A program made the translations under genes and the position numbers. From positions 1-32,334 of the IMG/VR virus record IMGVR_UViG_3300030372_000534: a DNA stretch of 32,334 bases; one strand, 5' to 3'. The notes under the pieces are model-generated. The model made no database searches. It had not been told where the DNA came from and saw only the letters and a list, made by a program, of their open reading frames with translations. Within the stretch, counting starts at the first letter, position 1; each line of letters opens with the position of its first letter. Origin of the DNA: a virus (lineage: Duplodnaviria; Caudoviricetes). Below are positions 17,078 to 25,632 of the stretch, one piece after another.

Positions 17078-17229
17078 AAAATATGTATAGCACATTAGAG
17101 GAATTAATGAAAGTAAAACTAGAAATAAAAGATGATATAATAGAGCTACACAAAGTTCAAATTGAAATAATAAAAATTATTCAAGATATGCAGAATAGAA
17201 TAGAAAAAATGGAGAATAAAAATGGCTAA
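17074..17229 (+). CDS. 51-aa coiled-coil protein (not in track)
   Basis: ATGA overlap; heptad pattern; contains the GGAG RBS of the initiator gene. Confidence 0.55.
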   Translation: MKNMYSTLEELMKVKLEIKDDIIELHKVQIEIIKIIQDMQNRIEKMENKNG

Positions 17230-18010
17230 AAGATTCATTGACACTAAAATATGGGATAAGGCTTGGTTTAGAAAGCTATCAACCAAGAACAAACTGGTTT
17301 GGATTTACTTATTAGGCAAATGTGACCACGCTGGGATATGGGATGCAGATTGGGAGTTAGCAGAGTTTATTATAGGTGAGACTGTTACTTATGAAGAGCT
17401 GCCAGATACCATTAAAGAAAAGATGGAATACATACAAGGTGAAGAGCAGTATTTCATACCATCTTTTATTGACTTCCAATATGGTGAACTTAAAGAAAAT
17501 TCTAAACCTCACATGAGTGTAATTAAAAGGTTAAATGATAAGAACTTATTAAAGGGTATGAAAAGGGTTACTATAACCCCTAAAGATAAAGATAAAGATA
17601 AGGTTAAAGAAAAAGTAAAAAAAAAAGATAAAGAAAAAAGAGAATTAGATTTTATAACAAAGTGTGAAAAACTTTATAAAAAACATGATATGTCAAAAGC
17701 ATTATTAAAACAATTTACAGATTTTTGGACTGAATCAAATGAGGGTGGAAGATTAATGAGATTTGAAAAGCAGCAAACATTTGATATTAGTAGGAGATTA
17801 GCGAAGTGGAAAAGCAATGATGTTGAATGGAATGGTGATGTTAAAAAGGGTGTTGATAATTTTACTTCCAAATTTAAAAAAACCGAAACAGGGTATTATA
17901 TAGCATATTGTTCTGGATGCGGCAAAAAAGAACTACCAACATATGAATGGCAATTAAAGAATGGTTCTTCATGTTGTGCAATAGAATACTTACCTGAAAA
18001 GCCTAAGTAA
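17222..18010 (+). CDS. Phage replication initiator / replisome organiser
   Basis: N-terminal KRFIDTKIWDKAWFRKLS...WIYLL..CDHAG; (KD)n low-complexity linker; FTDFWTE...RRLAKW domain; C-terminal CSGC...CC. Confidence 0.75.
   Translation: MAKRFIDTKIWDKAWFRKLSTKNKLVWIYLLGKCDHAGIWDADWELAEFIIGETVTYEELPDTIKEKMEYIQGEEQYFIPSFIDFQYGELKENSKPHMSVIKRLNDKNLLKGMKRVTITPKDKDKDKVKEKVKKKDKEKRELDFITKCEKLYKKHDMSKALLKQFTDFWTESNEGGRLMRFEKQQTFDISRRLAKWKSNDVEWNGDVKKGVDNFTSKFKKTETGYYIAYCSGCGKKELPTYEWQLKNGSSCCAIEYLPEKPK
17552..17640. repeat. Putative replication origin: AAGGGT boxes plus (AAAGAT)n / A-rich tract
   Basis: AAGGGT at 17552 and 17563, inverted ACCCCT at 17576, then TAAAGATAAAGATAAAGATAAG and an A-rich run, inside the initiator linker. 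Confidence 0.5.
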
Positions 18011-18285
18011 TGGATAAGGGGGATGAAAATATGATTTATTGGATATTAGAAAAAACTGACTATAGAAACAATAATGAAAGATTATTTAAAAAAAATAGGT
18101 CATCAGCATTTGATAAAAGAAAACATAGAATAGATGATGTTGTTTTCTATTGCAGCAAGTGTGAACAAACATGGAGTAAAGTACCTCATTGGGTTGATAC
18201 TAGAAAGTTTGTTAAGTACCCCCAGGAAAACATTCCAACACTAGGTAAGAAAAGAAAGGTTTGTACTGACTGTAAAGATGTTTAA
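18010..18285 (+). CDS. Zn-binding hypothetical protein
   Basis: CSKC...CTDC; start may be 18031 (GGGGG RBS upstream of it). Confidence 0.65.
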   Translation: MDKGDENMIYWILEKTDYRNNNERLFKKNRSSAFDKRKHRIDDVVFYCSKCEQTWSKVPHWVDTRKFVKYPQENIPTLGKKRKVCTDCKDV

Positions 18286-19324
18286 TTATAATTGGAAATT
18301 AAAAGATAGTGTTTTTACTAAAGACAAAGGGAGCGTGTTTAGTTGCTTTGCTTGTGGAGGTGGTTCGTCCATGGGGTATAAACTAGCAGGCTTTAATGTA
18401 ATTGGAGTAAATGAGATTGATCCTAAAATGATGGGGGTTTATAAAATCAATCATAATCCTAAATATAGTTATTTAGAAAGTATACAAACTTTTAAAAATA
18501 GAGACGATCTACCAGGAGAGTTATTTAATTTAGATATATTAGATGGTTCTCCGCCTTGTAGTAGTTTTTCAATGGCTGGAAATAGAGAAAAAGACTGGGG
18601 AAAAGAAAAAAAGTTTAGAGAAGGTCAAAGTGAGCAGGTTTTAGATACATTGTTTTTTGATTTTATTGAACTAGCAGCAAAACTAAAACCTAAAGTAGTA
18701 GTGGCTGAAAACGTAAAAGGATTACTTTTTGGAGATGCAAAGCAATATCTTTATAAAATATACCATGAGTTTGAAAAAGCAGGTTATTATACTCAATACT
18801 GGTTATTAGACTCTTCAAAAATGGGTGTTCCGCAAAAAAGAGAAAGAGTGTTTTTTATATGCCTTAGAAAAGATTTAGCAGAGCCTTTTCTATATCAACA
18901 AACATTATTTGACCAAAAACCATATTTAAAATTAGAATTTAATGAGAAGCCTATTTTTTTTAATGAGATAGACTTTGGATTTGGAAAAAAATTATCTGAA
19001 GCATATAAAAAATGGTGGAAATTAACTAAACCTGGAAATAGTTTTTCAACAGTACACCCTAAAGGAAGTTTTTTTAATTCTATAAAAGTACATAAAAATA
19101 AAATTTTAAATACGATTACGGCTACTAATGCTGGGGTAATGTCTCATTATAAACGCGCAAACTATATATCTGATAAATCTTTAAAGCTAGCAGGTTCTTT
19201 TCCTCTTGATTATAATTTTTTAAATAATAAACCTAAATATATTATAGGAATGAGTGTTCCACCTGTAATGATCGCACAAATAGCAAATCAAATATATAAG
19301 CAGTGGCTAAGCAAGATAAAATGA
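18278..19324 (+). CDS. C5-cytosine DNA methyltransferase
   Basis: Motif I FACGGG, IV GSPPC, VI ENV, VIII QKRERV, IX-X SFP...GMSVPP. Confidence 0.93.
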   Translation: MFNYNWKLKDSVFTKDKGSVFSCFACGGGSSMGYKLAGFNVIGVNEIDPKMMGVYKINHNPKYSYLESIQTFKNRDDLPGELFNLDILDGSPPCSSFSMAGNREKDWGKEKKFREGQSEQVLDTLFFDFIELAAKLKPKVVVAENVKGLLFGDAKQYLYKIYHEFEKAGYYTQYWLLDSSKMGVPQKRERVFFICLRKDLAEPFLYQQTLFDQKPYLKLEFNEKPIFFNEIDFGFGKKLSEAYKKWWKLTKPGNSFSTVHPKGSFFNSIKVHKNKILNTITATNAGVMSHYKRANYISDKSLKLAGSFPLDYNFLNNKPKYIIGMSVPPVMIAQIANQIYKQWLSKIK

Positions 19325-19425
19325 AAACAAAAACCTACTGTGACCTATGTGATAAAAAGAAAGAATGTATTAAGCAGGAAGATGGATTATGGGCTTGTAT
19401 AGTATGTAAAATGACTTATTATTAA
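19321..19425 (+). CDS. 34-aa zinc-finger micro-protein MKTKTYCDLCDKKKECIKQEDGLWACIVCKMTYY (not in track)
   Basis: ATGA overlap with the MTase stop; CxxC...CxxC. Confidence 0.6.
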   Translation: MKTKTYCDLCDKKKECIKQEDGLWACIVCKMTYY

Positions 19426-19452
19426 CCCTTAGGCAAGGGTTATAAAACCCTT
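19423..19452. promoter_or_regulatory. Triple ACCCTT/AAGGGT box (operator-like)
   Basis: TAACCCTT-AGGC-AAGGGTTA-TA-AAACCCTT; the last box overlaps the -35 of P2. Confidence 0.55.
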
Positions 19453-19479
19453 TCATTTATCATTTATTTGTATTATATT
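19451..19479 (+). promoter_or_regulatory. Sigma70-like early promoter P2
   Basis: TTTCAT-N17-TATATT; same -10 and same downstream TTATGAATAAAA as P1. Confidence 0.6.
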
Positions 19480-19514
19480 TGTTTATGAATAAAACAACAA
19501 AACAGGGGTTAAAC

Positions 19515-19778
19515 ATGAAAAAAGTTACTTTTAACACATTAAAAGCATTAGTAAGAAAAGGTCAATTGAAGCACAGAGTAAGGGCGGCACATGGAGCATA
19601 TGGCATGGAGTGGTATAATAATGAAAATACGCTACCTGTAATGCAAACCACATTAGAAGATTTAAATAAATACAAAGTAACTAAAAATTATATACAAACA
19701 GAAAACTTAACTGATGCTGATGCTGATGCTCAGTTGAGTAACTGCTGCTATGTGTTAATGTTTTATTTTAATAATTAA
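19515..19778 (+). CDS. Hypothetical protein (87 aa; start moved from 19479 to 19515)
   Basis: AGGGGTT RBS before ATG 19515; the track start overlaps the promoter -10. Confidence 0.7.
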   Translation: MKKVTFNTLKALVRKGQLKHRVRAAHGAYGMEWYNNENTLPVMQTTLEDLNKYKVTKNYIQTENLTDADADAQLSNCCYVLMFYFNN

Positions 19779-19790
19779 TAAACAAAAGAA

Positions 19791-19824
19791 ACCTAAACAG
19801 CCCCTTAAATGGGGCTTTTTGGGT
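19791..19824 (+). terminator. Intrinsic terminator-like hairpin or processing stem
   Basis: AGCCCC-TTAAAT-GGGGCT + TTTT; extends to 13 bp through ACCTAAA/TTTGGGT. Confidence 0.6.
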
Positions 19825-19858
19825 ATAAGGAATAAAAACCAAAAAAGGAGTTAAGAAC

Positions 19859-20446
19859 ATGAAAACAATAATAGACTTAACCTTCTCAATTAAAAAGTGT
19901 GCATTTTTAGTAGCACAAATATTAGAAGATTATGACCCAGACTTTTTACCTTTCAAATCAGAGTTTGGTTATTATGGTGCTGAATTTCAAACAAGACCAT
20001 TATATAATAGTAGAGAAACTGGTTTGGTTTTTTCAATGGAATTGAAACATAAAGTAATTAATGTATATGTTTATGAACACAGAGTTGTTGATGATATATG
20101 TGTTACAATTTGGGAAGATTCTAGTTTTAAAGATTGTTATACTGAATCTAACATTAAAGATGGTGATAAAAGATATGAAGAGGGAACTTATATTGACAAA
20201 TCATTTGATTATAACCAATATCATCAATGTGCAGATTTTGTTTATAAAACATTTGAAAACTTTTATAATGAAACTTGTGGTAAAAAAGAGAAAAGTGTTT
20301 CAAATGGTAAAATGCTATTAAATGCACAATACAATCACGAAAAACAATGTCAAGCAGATGATGAAGATAGACATCTTGGTACTTTGGATGCTGAAGAAGT
20401 ACACAATGAGAAACTAAATGACTTTATGGAAACATTTGATATTTAA
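19859..20446 (+). CDS. Hypothetical acidic protein (195 aa)
   Basis: AAGGAG RBS; followed by a terminator. Confidence 0.75.
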   Translation: MKTIIDLTFSIKKCAFLVAQILEDYDPDFLPFKSEFGYYGAEFQTRPLYNSRETGLVFSMELKHKVINVYVYEHRVVDDICVTIWEDSSFKDCYTESNIKDGDKRYEEGTYIDKSFDYNQYHQCADFVYKTFENFYNETCGKKEKSVSNGKMLLNAQYNHEKQCQADDEDRHLGTLDAEEVHNEKLNDFMETFDI

Positions 20447-20470
20447 CAACTAACCACTAAACCACTAAAA

Positions 20471-20498
20471 AGAGCCTCAGTTAATCCTGGGGCTTTTG
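20471..20498 (+). terminator. Intrinsic terminator ending the early region
   Basis: AGAGCCTCAG-TTAATC-CTGGGGCTTT followed by T-rich sequence. Confidence 0.7.
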
Positions 20499-20559
20499 TG
20501 TATTTTATATTATATATCTTTTAAACTAAATTATACCAACTAAATTATAGGAGTTTACT

Positions 20560-20643
20560 ATGCCAATGGGCAAAGGAACATATGGATCAAAAAAAGGTCG
20601 CCCCAAGAAAAAGAAAAAAATGAAGCGTGCCAAAAGAAAATAA
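20560..20643 (+). CDS. 27-aa basic peptide MPMGKGTYGSKKGRPKKKKKMKRAKRK (not in track)
   Basis: AGGAG RBS at good spacing; first ORF of the packaging operon. Confidence 0.7.
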   Translation: MPMGKGTYGSKKGRPKKKKKMKRAKRK

Positions 20644-20809
20644 AGAAGGCATTGTACTTACTACTGAATTAGTAGGCATAAAGAACCTCAAGAGTACAGG
20701 GGTGTATAGATTAGAATTTGATGTTTTTGAGATTGACACCCACAAAGTAAAAGAATTAATAGATAAGTTGAATAAGGCTTATGTAATGGCATTGGTAGAG
20801 TATGAGTGA
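20627..20809 (+). CDS. Hypothetical protein (60 aa)
   Basis: GTG start; overlaps both neighbours. Confidence 0.6.
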   Translation: MPKENKEGIVLTTELVGIKNLKSTGVYRLEFDVFEIDTHKVKELIDKLNKAYVMALVEYE

Positions 20810-21128
20810 CAAACAGAAGGACATCAGAAGGGTTAATGGACAGTTCAAGAAAGGTCATAAACCAGATACAATGTGGAAGAAGGGACAGTCTGGGAATCTT
20901 AATGGAAGAAGAAATGCCTATACTGACTTAATAAAAAATTTTAGTTTTACTAAGGTCAATGATAAAGAAAGAAGGGAAGTGGTTGTATCTAAATTATTTC
21001 AGTTGGCTGAAAGAGGTGACTTGAGAGCTATACAGTTCATTGTAGAAAGACTAGAGGGTAAAGCCCTTGAGAGGCAGGAGAGGACAACTAAGTCAGAACC
21101 TATACAAGTAATGGTAATAGATGATTAA
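20802..21128 (+). CDS. terS: Terminase small subunit
   Basis: GQFKKG / WKKGQSGNLNGR, AERGDLRAIQFIVERLEGK; directly upstream of terL. Confidence 0.7.
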   Translation: MSDKQKDIRRVNGQFKKGHKPDTMWKKGQSGNLNGRRNAYTDLIKNFSFTKVNDKERREVVVSKLFQLAERGDLRAIQFIVERLEGKALERQERTTKSEPIQVMVIDD

Positions 21129-22323
21129 TTGGACTGTTAATAAGACTCGTAGAAAAATCTTAAATAATAAATCCAGATTTAAAGTTCTAGTATGTGGGCG
21201 AAGATGGGGTAAAACCGTATTGAGTTTAATGTATCTACTCAAAGACGAGTTTAAACCTAATGAGAGAAGATGGTTTATTACTCCAACTTACAGGCAGGGA
21301 AAGATGATCGTGTTTCCTATACTTAGGCAAATGTTCGCAGGGTTTGACAATGCTAAATTAAATGAATCAGAAATGAGTGTAGTGTTTAGTAATGGTGCTG
21401 AGTTAGCAGTAAAAGGTGCAGACAATGAACATAATTTGAGAGGTGTGGAATTAACAAAATGTGTAATGGATGAGATGGCTTATATAAAACCCCATGTATG
21501 GGAAGAAATAATAATGCCTATGTTAGCAACTACCCAGGGGGAATGTTTATTTATTGGCACACCAAGTGGTTATGATATAATGTATGAATTATACAGTAAA
21601 GGACAAGCTGATAAAGAATGGCAGTCATGGCAGTTTACTACCCTAGAAGGTGGCTTTGTACCTAAAGAAGAAATAGAATTAGCTAAGAGGACAATGGATG
21701 AAGTGGTATTCAGGCAAGAGTTTGAAGGAAGCTTTGAAACAACAGGGAATAGAGCAGCTTATAATTTTGATAGAGATACTCATTGTACTAAGTCTGGTGA
21801 ACTATCCTCTTATTTGTGGTGGGGGGTAGATTTTAACGTAGACTTTATGACGGCAGTTTTAGCCTGCCAGTATACAGATGGTACTGTACATTTCTTTGAT
21901 GAACTAAGATTAAAGAATAGCAATACAGAAGAGATTGCATTAGCCATGAAGAAGATAGCCCCTAACATAGAGTGTTACCCTGACCCTGCTGGTAAAGCCA
22001 GAAGCACAACCAGTAGAAGAAGTGATCATCAGATACTAAGAGATCATGGTTTTTTAATTAGGACAAAGAAATCTCACCCTAGCCATATAGATAGGCTTAA
22101 CGCACTTAATAGAAAGCTAAAGGATGCAGAAGGTAAAATAGGAATGACTGTTGACCCTAGCTGTATTTATTTAATTAAAGACCTAGAGCAATGCCAAAGA
22201 GATAAAAGAGGTGGGTTAGCAAAAGATAATATTGAGCTTACTCATGCCCTTGATGCTTGCTCTTATGCAATAAGCCATAAGTTTCCAATTAGAAGAATGG
22301 TTGGAACTACTGTGAGTTGGTAA
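21121..22323 (+). CDS. terL: Terminase large subunit
   Basis: Walker A GRRWGKT, Walker B VMDE, coupling motif IGTP, nuclease GVDFN...YPDPAG...HALDA. Confidence 0.95.
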   Translation: MINWTVNKTRRKILNNKSRFKVLVCGRRWGKTVLSLMYLLKDEFKPNERRWFITPTYRQGKMIVFPILRQMFAGFDNAKLNESEMSVVFSNGAELAVKGADNEHNLRGVELTKCVMDEMAYIKPHVWEEIIMPMLATTQGECLFIGTPSGYDIMYELYSKGQADKEWQSWQFTTLEGGFVPKEEIELAKRTMDEVVFRQEFEGSFETTGNRAAYNFDRDTHCTKSGELSSYLWWGVDFNVDFMTAVLACQYTDGTVHFFDELRLKNSNTEEIALAMKKIAPNIECYPDPAGKARSTTSRRSDHQILRDHGFLIRTKKSHPSHIDRLNALNRKLKDAEGKIGMTVDPSCIYLIKDLEQCQRDKRGGLAKDNIELTHALDACSYAISHKFPIRRMVGTTVSW

Positions 22324-22436
22324 TGCCTAACAAGAAAGCAAAGGACAGGAAAAGAAAAAGGTTGAAGAAAAATAAATTACTTAATCAGCAAGGGAGGACT
22401 GCTAAACAATACAAGAGGAATAAAAAAGATGTATAA
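22323..22436 (+). CDS. 37-aa basic peptide MPNKKAKDRKRKRLKKNKLLNQQGRTAKQYKRNKKDV (not in track)
   Basis: TAATG coupling to terL; stop overlaps the portal start region. Confidence 0.65.
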   Translation: MPNKKAKDRKRKRLKKNKLLNQQGRTAKQYKRNKKDV

Positions 22437-23793
22437 TTTCGGTAAGTCAGTAAACAGAGTAGTCATCCCTGAATTATCAGAGGGAGTTGTCCTAGCAAGT
22501 GTTAAAGATGCTTATAAGGGATATCTAGAAAAAGAAGATACAAGTGTAATGGAATCACTTGATTTCTATTATAATCAAAACCTAGATATACACTTAGAAC
22601 AATGGTTTGCTAGTGACAGCCTACAACAAGTACCTCCATTTGTTCAGTCTTGTGTGCCAAGATTTGCTAAAGCTAGAATGATGTTATATAAAGAAAGCCC
22701 TAAAAGGGTAATAGGTGGTGAGGTCAATCAAGACTATAATGATATTGCTTATAAGTTAAATTCTAAAACAAGAGAGTTTGCTGAACTAACTTGGTTGCTT
22801 GGCTGTTGTTGGTTCAAGACAAGATACAATGAAAGAAAGACCAGATTAGAATATGAGCTATTGCCTAGTGTAAAAGAATATTATTTCTATGGAGAGTCAG
22901 AGCCTTATGGATACAGCTATGAAATAGAAGGTAATGCTACTGATAAGAGGTATGTGTTCTGGTCTGAAGATAGAGAAGGCATGGTTGGTATGCACTTTGA
23001 ATTTGATGAAAAGGGTAAGAGGTATGCCATACAGGGCAATGATGATATGATAAACCCTTATGGAATAAACCCTATCTCTAGGGCAATGTTCACTAAAAAC
23101 TCTTATGATGTAACAAGGGCTGCCCTCCATATTGGAATAGCTATGACTGAAATAGCATTAAGTACAAGATTTAGATTAGGGCAACCAGTATTCACAGGCA
23201 TAGATGAAGGACAAAGTAAATTAAGTAGTGGTGTAGATAAAGCACTCATATTACCAGAGGGTGCAACATTCAGCTATCAAAGCCCCTCAGGTAGCCTTAA
23301 TGAAATGATAGAAGCAGTCAAGGCAATGGCGAACCAAACAGCAGAGAATAATCAATTAAGGATAAGGTGGGGTGAATCGGGAGGATCAACCCCTTCAGGA
23401 GAAGCACTAAGGATACTTGAAATAGAAAACCTAGAAGCAAGAAAAAGTGATGAATCCTTATTTAGAGAATGGGAGCATAGTAGATATGAGATAGACAGAA
23501 AGATACTTGAGGTGCATGGCTTATTAAATCTGTCAGAAGATTATGCTGTGGACTTTGGAGAAGTATCTTATCCTATGTCACCCCAGGAAGAGAGAGCATG
23601 GCTTGATTGGAAGATAGATAATGGGATTATGTCTAGGAAAGACCTATTGCTATATTTTAATCCTGACATGACTGATGAAGAACTACAAAGTAAATTAGAT
23701 GAGGTAAGGGAAGAAACAGTTGCAGAAAGAGAAGCAACCCAACCACAACAACCCACATTTGGAGGATTAAGAGAACTTGGCACAACTGGTTGA
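22429..23793 (+). CDS. Portal protein (SPP1 gp6-like)
   Basis: 454 aa after terL; LDFYYNQ, GQPVFTG and the portal motif PSGEALR. Confidence 0.85.
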   Translation: MYNFGKSVNRVVIPELSEGVVLASVKDAYKGYLEKEDTSVMESLDFYYNQNLDIHLEQWFASDSLQQVPPFVQSCVPRFAKARMMLYKESPKRVIGGEVNQDYNDIAYKLNSKTREFAELTWLLGCCWFKTRYNERKTRLEYELLPSVKEYYFYGESEPYGYSYEIEGNATDKRYVFWSEDREGMVGMHFEFDEKGKRYAIQGNDDMINPYGINPISRAMFTKNSYDVTRAALHIGIAMTEIALSTRFRLGQPVFTGIDEGQSKLSSGVDKALILPEGATFSYQSPSGSLNEMIEAVKAMANQTAENNQLRIRWGESGGSTPSGEALRILEIENLEARKSDESLFREWEHSRYEIDRKILEVHGLLNLSEDYAVDFGEVSYPMSPQEERAWLDWKIDNGIMSRKDLLLYFNPDMTDEELQSKLDEVREETVAEREATQPQQPTFGGLRELGTTG

Positions 23794-24010
23794 TAACTAT
23801 TTAGACAAAATAGATATTTTAAAAATAAAGGTCAGTAATGATGCTGATAAAATACTAGAAGCAATAGACCTTGATGAATTATTAAAAAACCCAGAACCAT
23901 ATTTGCAGCAATTAGGAAAAGCCTTTTTAGATGAGCATAGAAAAGAAATAAGAGAGGGTTTTAATGAAGGTAAGAAGTATGCAGAAAAGGTTGTAAGTAA
24001 TGCGACTTAA
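23777..24010 (+). CDS. Hypothetical head-region protein (77 aa)
   Basis: TTG start with GGAGG upstream; overlaps both neighbours. Confidence 0.6.
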   Translation: MAQLVDNYLDKIDILKIKVSNDADKILEAIDLDELLKNPEPYLQQLGKAFLDEHRKEIREGFNEGKKYAEKVVSNAT

Positions 24011-24446
24011 CATAGACATAGAAAAGCACTTTAATTTAAAAAAAATTAAATTAGACCTCAAAGATGTAATTAATGACTTTGCTGGCAATGTAATAAAAGA
24101 CCATAAACAAAGACTGCAATTTGGTCAAGGTGTTGATATGAAACCTATGCAAAAACTTCAACCTTCAACTATAAAGTCTAAAAGGCAAAAAAAATATAAA
24201 AACCCAAGAGTGCCTTTAAATGCTACTGGTTCAATGTCCAAGATAAAATTTAAAGAGAAAGCAACAAGGTCAAGGCAAGCTGCAACCTTAAAGCCCCCTG
24301 ACAAAAGAGATGATGTAGGTGTTTATCATCAATCTGGAAATCCAAGACTGCCAAAAAGAGAATGGTTTGGAATAACTGTTAAGCAAGAAAAGAAAGGTTT
24401 ACAAATGATGGAAAAATACATAGAGAATGAGTTAAAGCGTGCCTGA
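24000..24446 (+). CDS. Virion morphogenesis protein (Mu gpG-like)
   Basis: LQPSTIKSK...PLNATG.M, YHQSG...LPKREWFGI. Confidence 0.65.
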   Translation: MRLNIDIEKHFNLKKIKLDLKDVINDFAGNVIKDHKQRLQFGQGVDMKPMQKLQPSTIKSKRQKKYKNPRVPLNATGSMSKIKFKEKATRSRQAATLKPPDKRDDVGVYHQSGNPRLPKREWFGITVKQEKKGLQMMEKYIENELKRA

Positions 24447-24972
24447 AGCAGATGAGCAGCTTAGTGAAGGTCTTGAGTTATTAGAAATAGTAATAGCAGG
24501 AAGGGTCGCAACATCTGCATCAATAACTGTGCTTAGATTAGATGAATTAATAAACACAATGATCAAATCTGGGATGTCAAAAGATTCAATTAAAAGTGTT
24601 TTATTGGCTGACCTTAATGAAGGTGGTAGGATATTTGGTGAATTTAGAAATGCCATTAAGAACACTACAAGTCAAGCTGTGACCAATGCTAGTTTTGAAG
24701 CTGAAAAATTTGTATATAATGAAAAAGGGATAGAATCATTTAGGTGGGTATCAGCAGGAAACAATGTTTGCCCAGACTGTGCTGAAAGGGCAGGGAGGGT
24801 ACAGCAATATAATTATTGGGAGCTTGCAGGATTACCTAGAAGTGGATTTAGTGTGTGTGGTGCTAACTGTAATTGTAGAATAGTTCCTGAGTCATATTCA
24901 GAAAAAAAAATAACTGAGATCAAAAGAAGGAAAGAAAGAAAAAAAGAATTAGAGAAGAAATTTAAAAAATGA
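24439..24972 (+). CDS. Head morphogenesis protein (SPP1 gp7/Mu gpF-like)
   Basis: FRWVS...VCPDC...G...LP...CGANCNCRI. Confidence 0.75.
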   Translation: MPEADEQLSEGLELLEIVIAGRVATSASITVLRLDELINTMIKSGMSKDSIKSVLLADLNEGGRIFGEFRNAIKNTTSQAVTNASFEAEKFVYNEKGIESFRWVSAGNNVCPDCAERAGRVQQYNYWELAGLPRSGFSVCGANCNCRIVPESYSEKKITEIKRRKERKKELEKKFKK

Positions 24973-25036
24973 AATTACACCATTTTAAAAAAGATACATT
25001 CATTATTAAGTTTTAACAACTAAAGAAGAGGACAGA

Positions 25037-25621
25037 ATGTCTGAAGATACAAAATCCCAGAGTGTGGAAACCCAGCCAAAGGCTTATGTTGAGCAGCCTG
25101 TGGTGGAGAAAGCAACATCAACAGAGGTGGCAACTGATAGCCAGAATACTGACATAGAATTACCCGACTATGGTCAGTTAGTTCAGGAGAGCAAAAAATA
25201 CAGAAAAAGGGCGCAGGAATCTGAAGCTAAGTTAGCAAAAATGGAAAAGCAACGAGAAACTGATAGGCAGAAACAAATGGAAGAACAGAACCAATGGCAG
25301 CAACTCGCTGAAGAAAGGGCTGTAAAACTTTCAGAGATGGAACCCATTGTAGAGGCTTTTAGAAAAGATGAAGCTGACCAGCGTGAAAAGATACTTGCAG
25401 ATTTTGAAGAGGGTGACAGGGAACAGTTTGGTAGTTTATCACTTCCACAATTAAGAACCTTGCACTCTAAATTAATTAATAACAATGATAGTGTACCCCC
25501 AACAAGTGGAACCCCAGCTAGGGCGGTCAACCCTAACAATAAAGATTGGACAAAAATGTCACAGGAAGAAAGGCGAACAAACTGGAAAGACATTGTTAAG
25601 GGTTATGCTATGAATAAATAA
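25037..25621 (+). CDS. Capsid scaffolding protein
   Basis: Acidic N-terminus, ESKKYRKRAQ coiled coil, Pro-rich linker; immediately upstream of the capsid gene. Confidence 0.75.
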   Translation: MSEDTKSQSVETQPKAYVEQPVVEKATSTEVATDSQNTDIELPDYGQLVQESKKYRKRAQESEAKLAKMEKQRETDRQKQMEEQNQWQQLAEERAVKLSEMEPIVEAFRKDEADQREKILADFEEGDREQFGSLSLPQLRTLHSKLINNNDSVPPTSGTPARAVNPNNKDWTKMSQEERRTNWKDIVKGYAMNK

Positions 25622-25632
25622 GGAGTCTATAA

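Noticed and set aside
19710-19731. (GATGCT)3 tandem repeat
   Set aside because: Short in-frame coding repeat (DADADA) with no sign of phase variation
10625-20321. Nested + strand alternate-frame ORFs 10625-10831, 16437-16712 and 20061-20321
   Set aside because: Fully inside longer genes, with composition typical of off-frame translation
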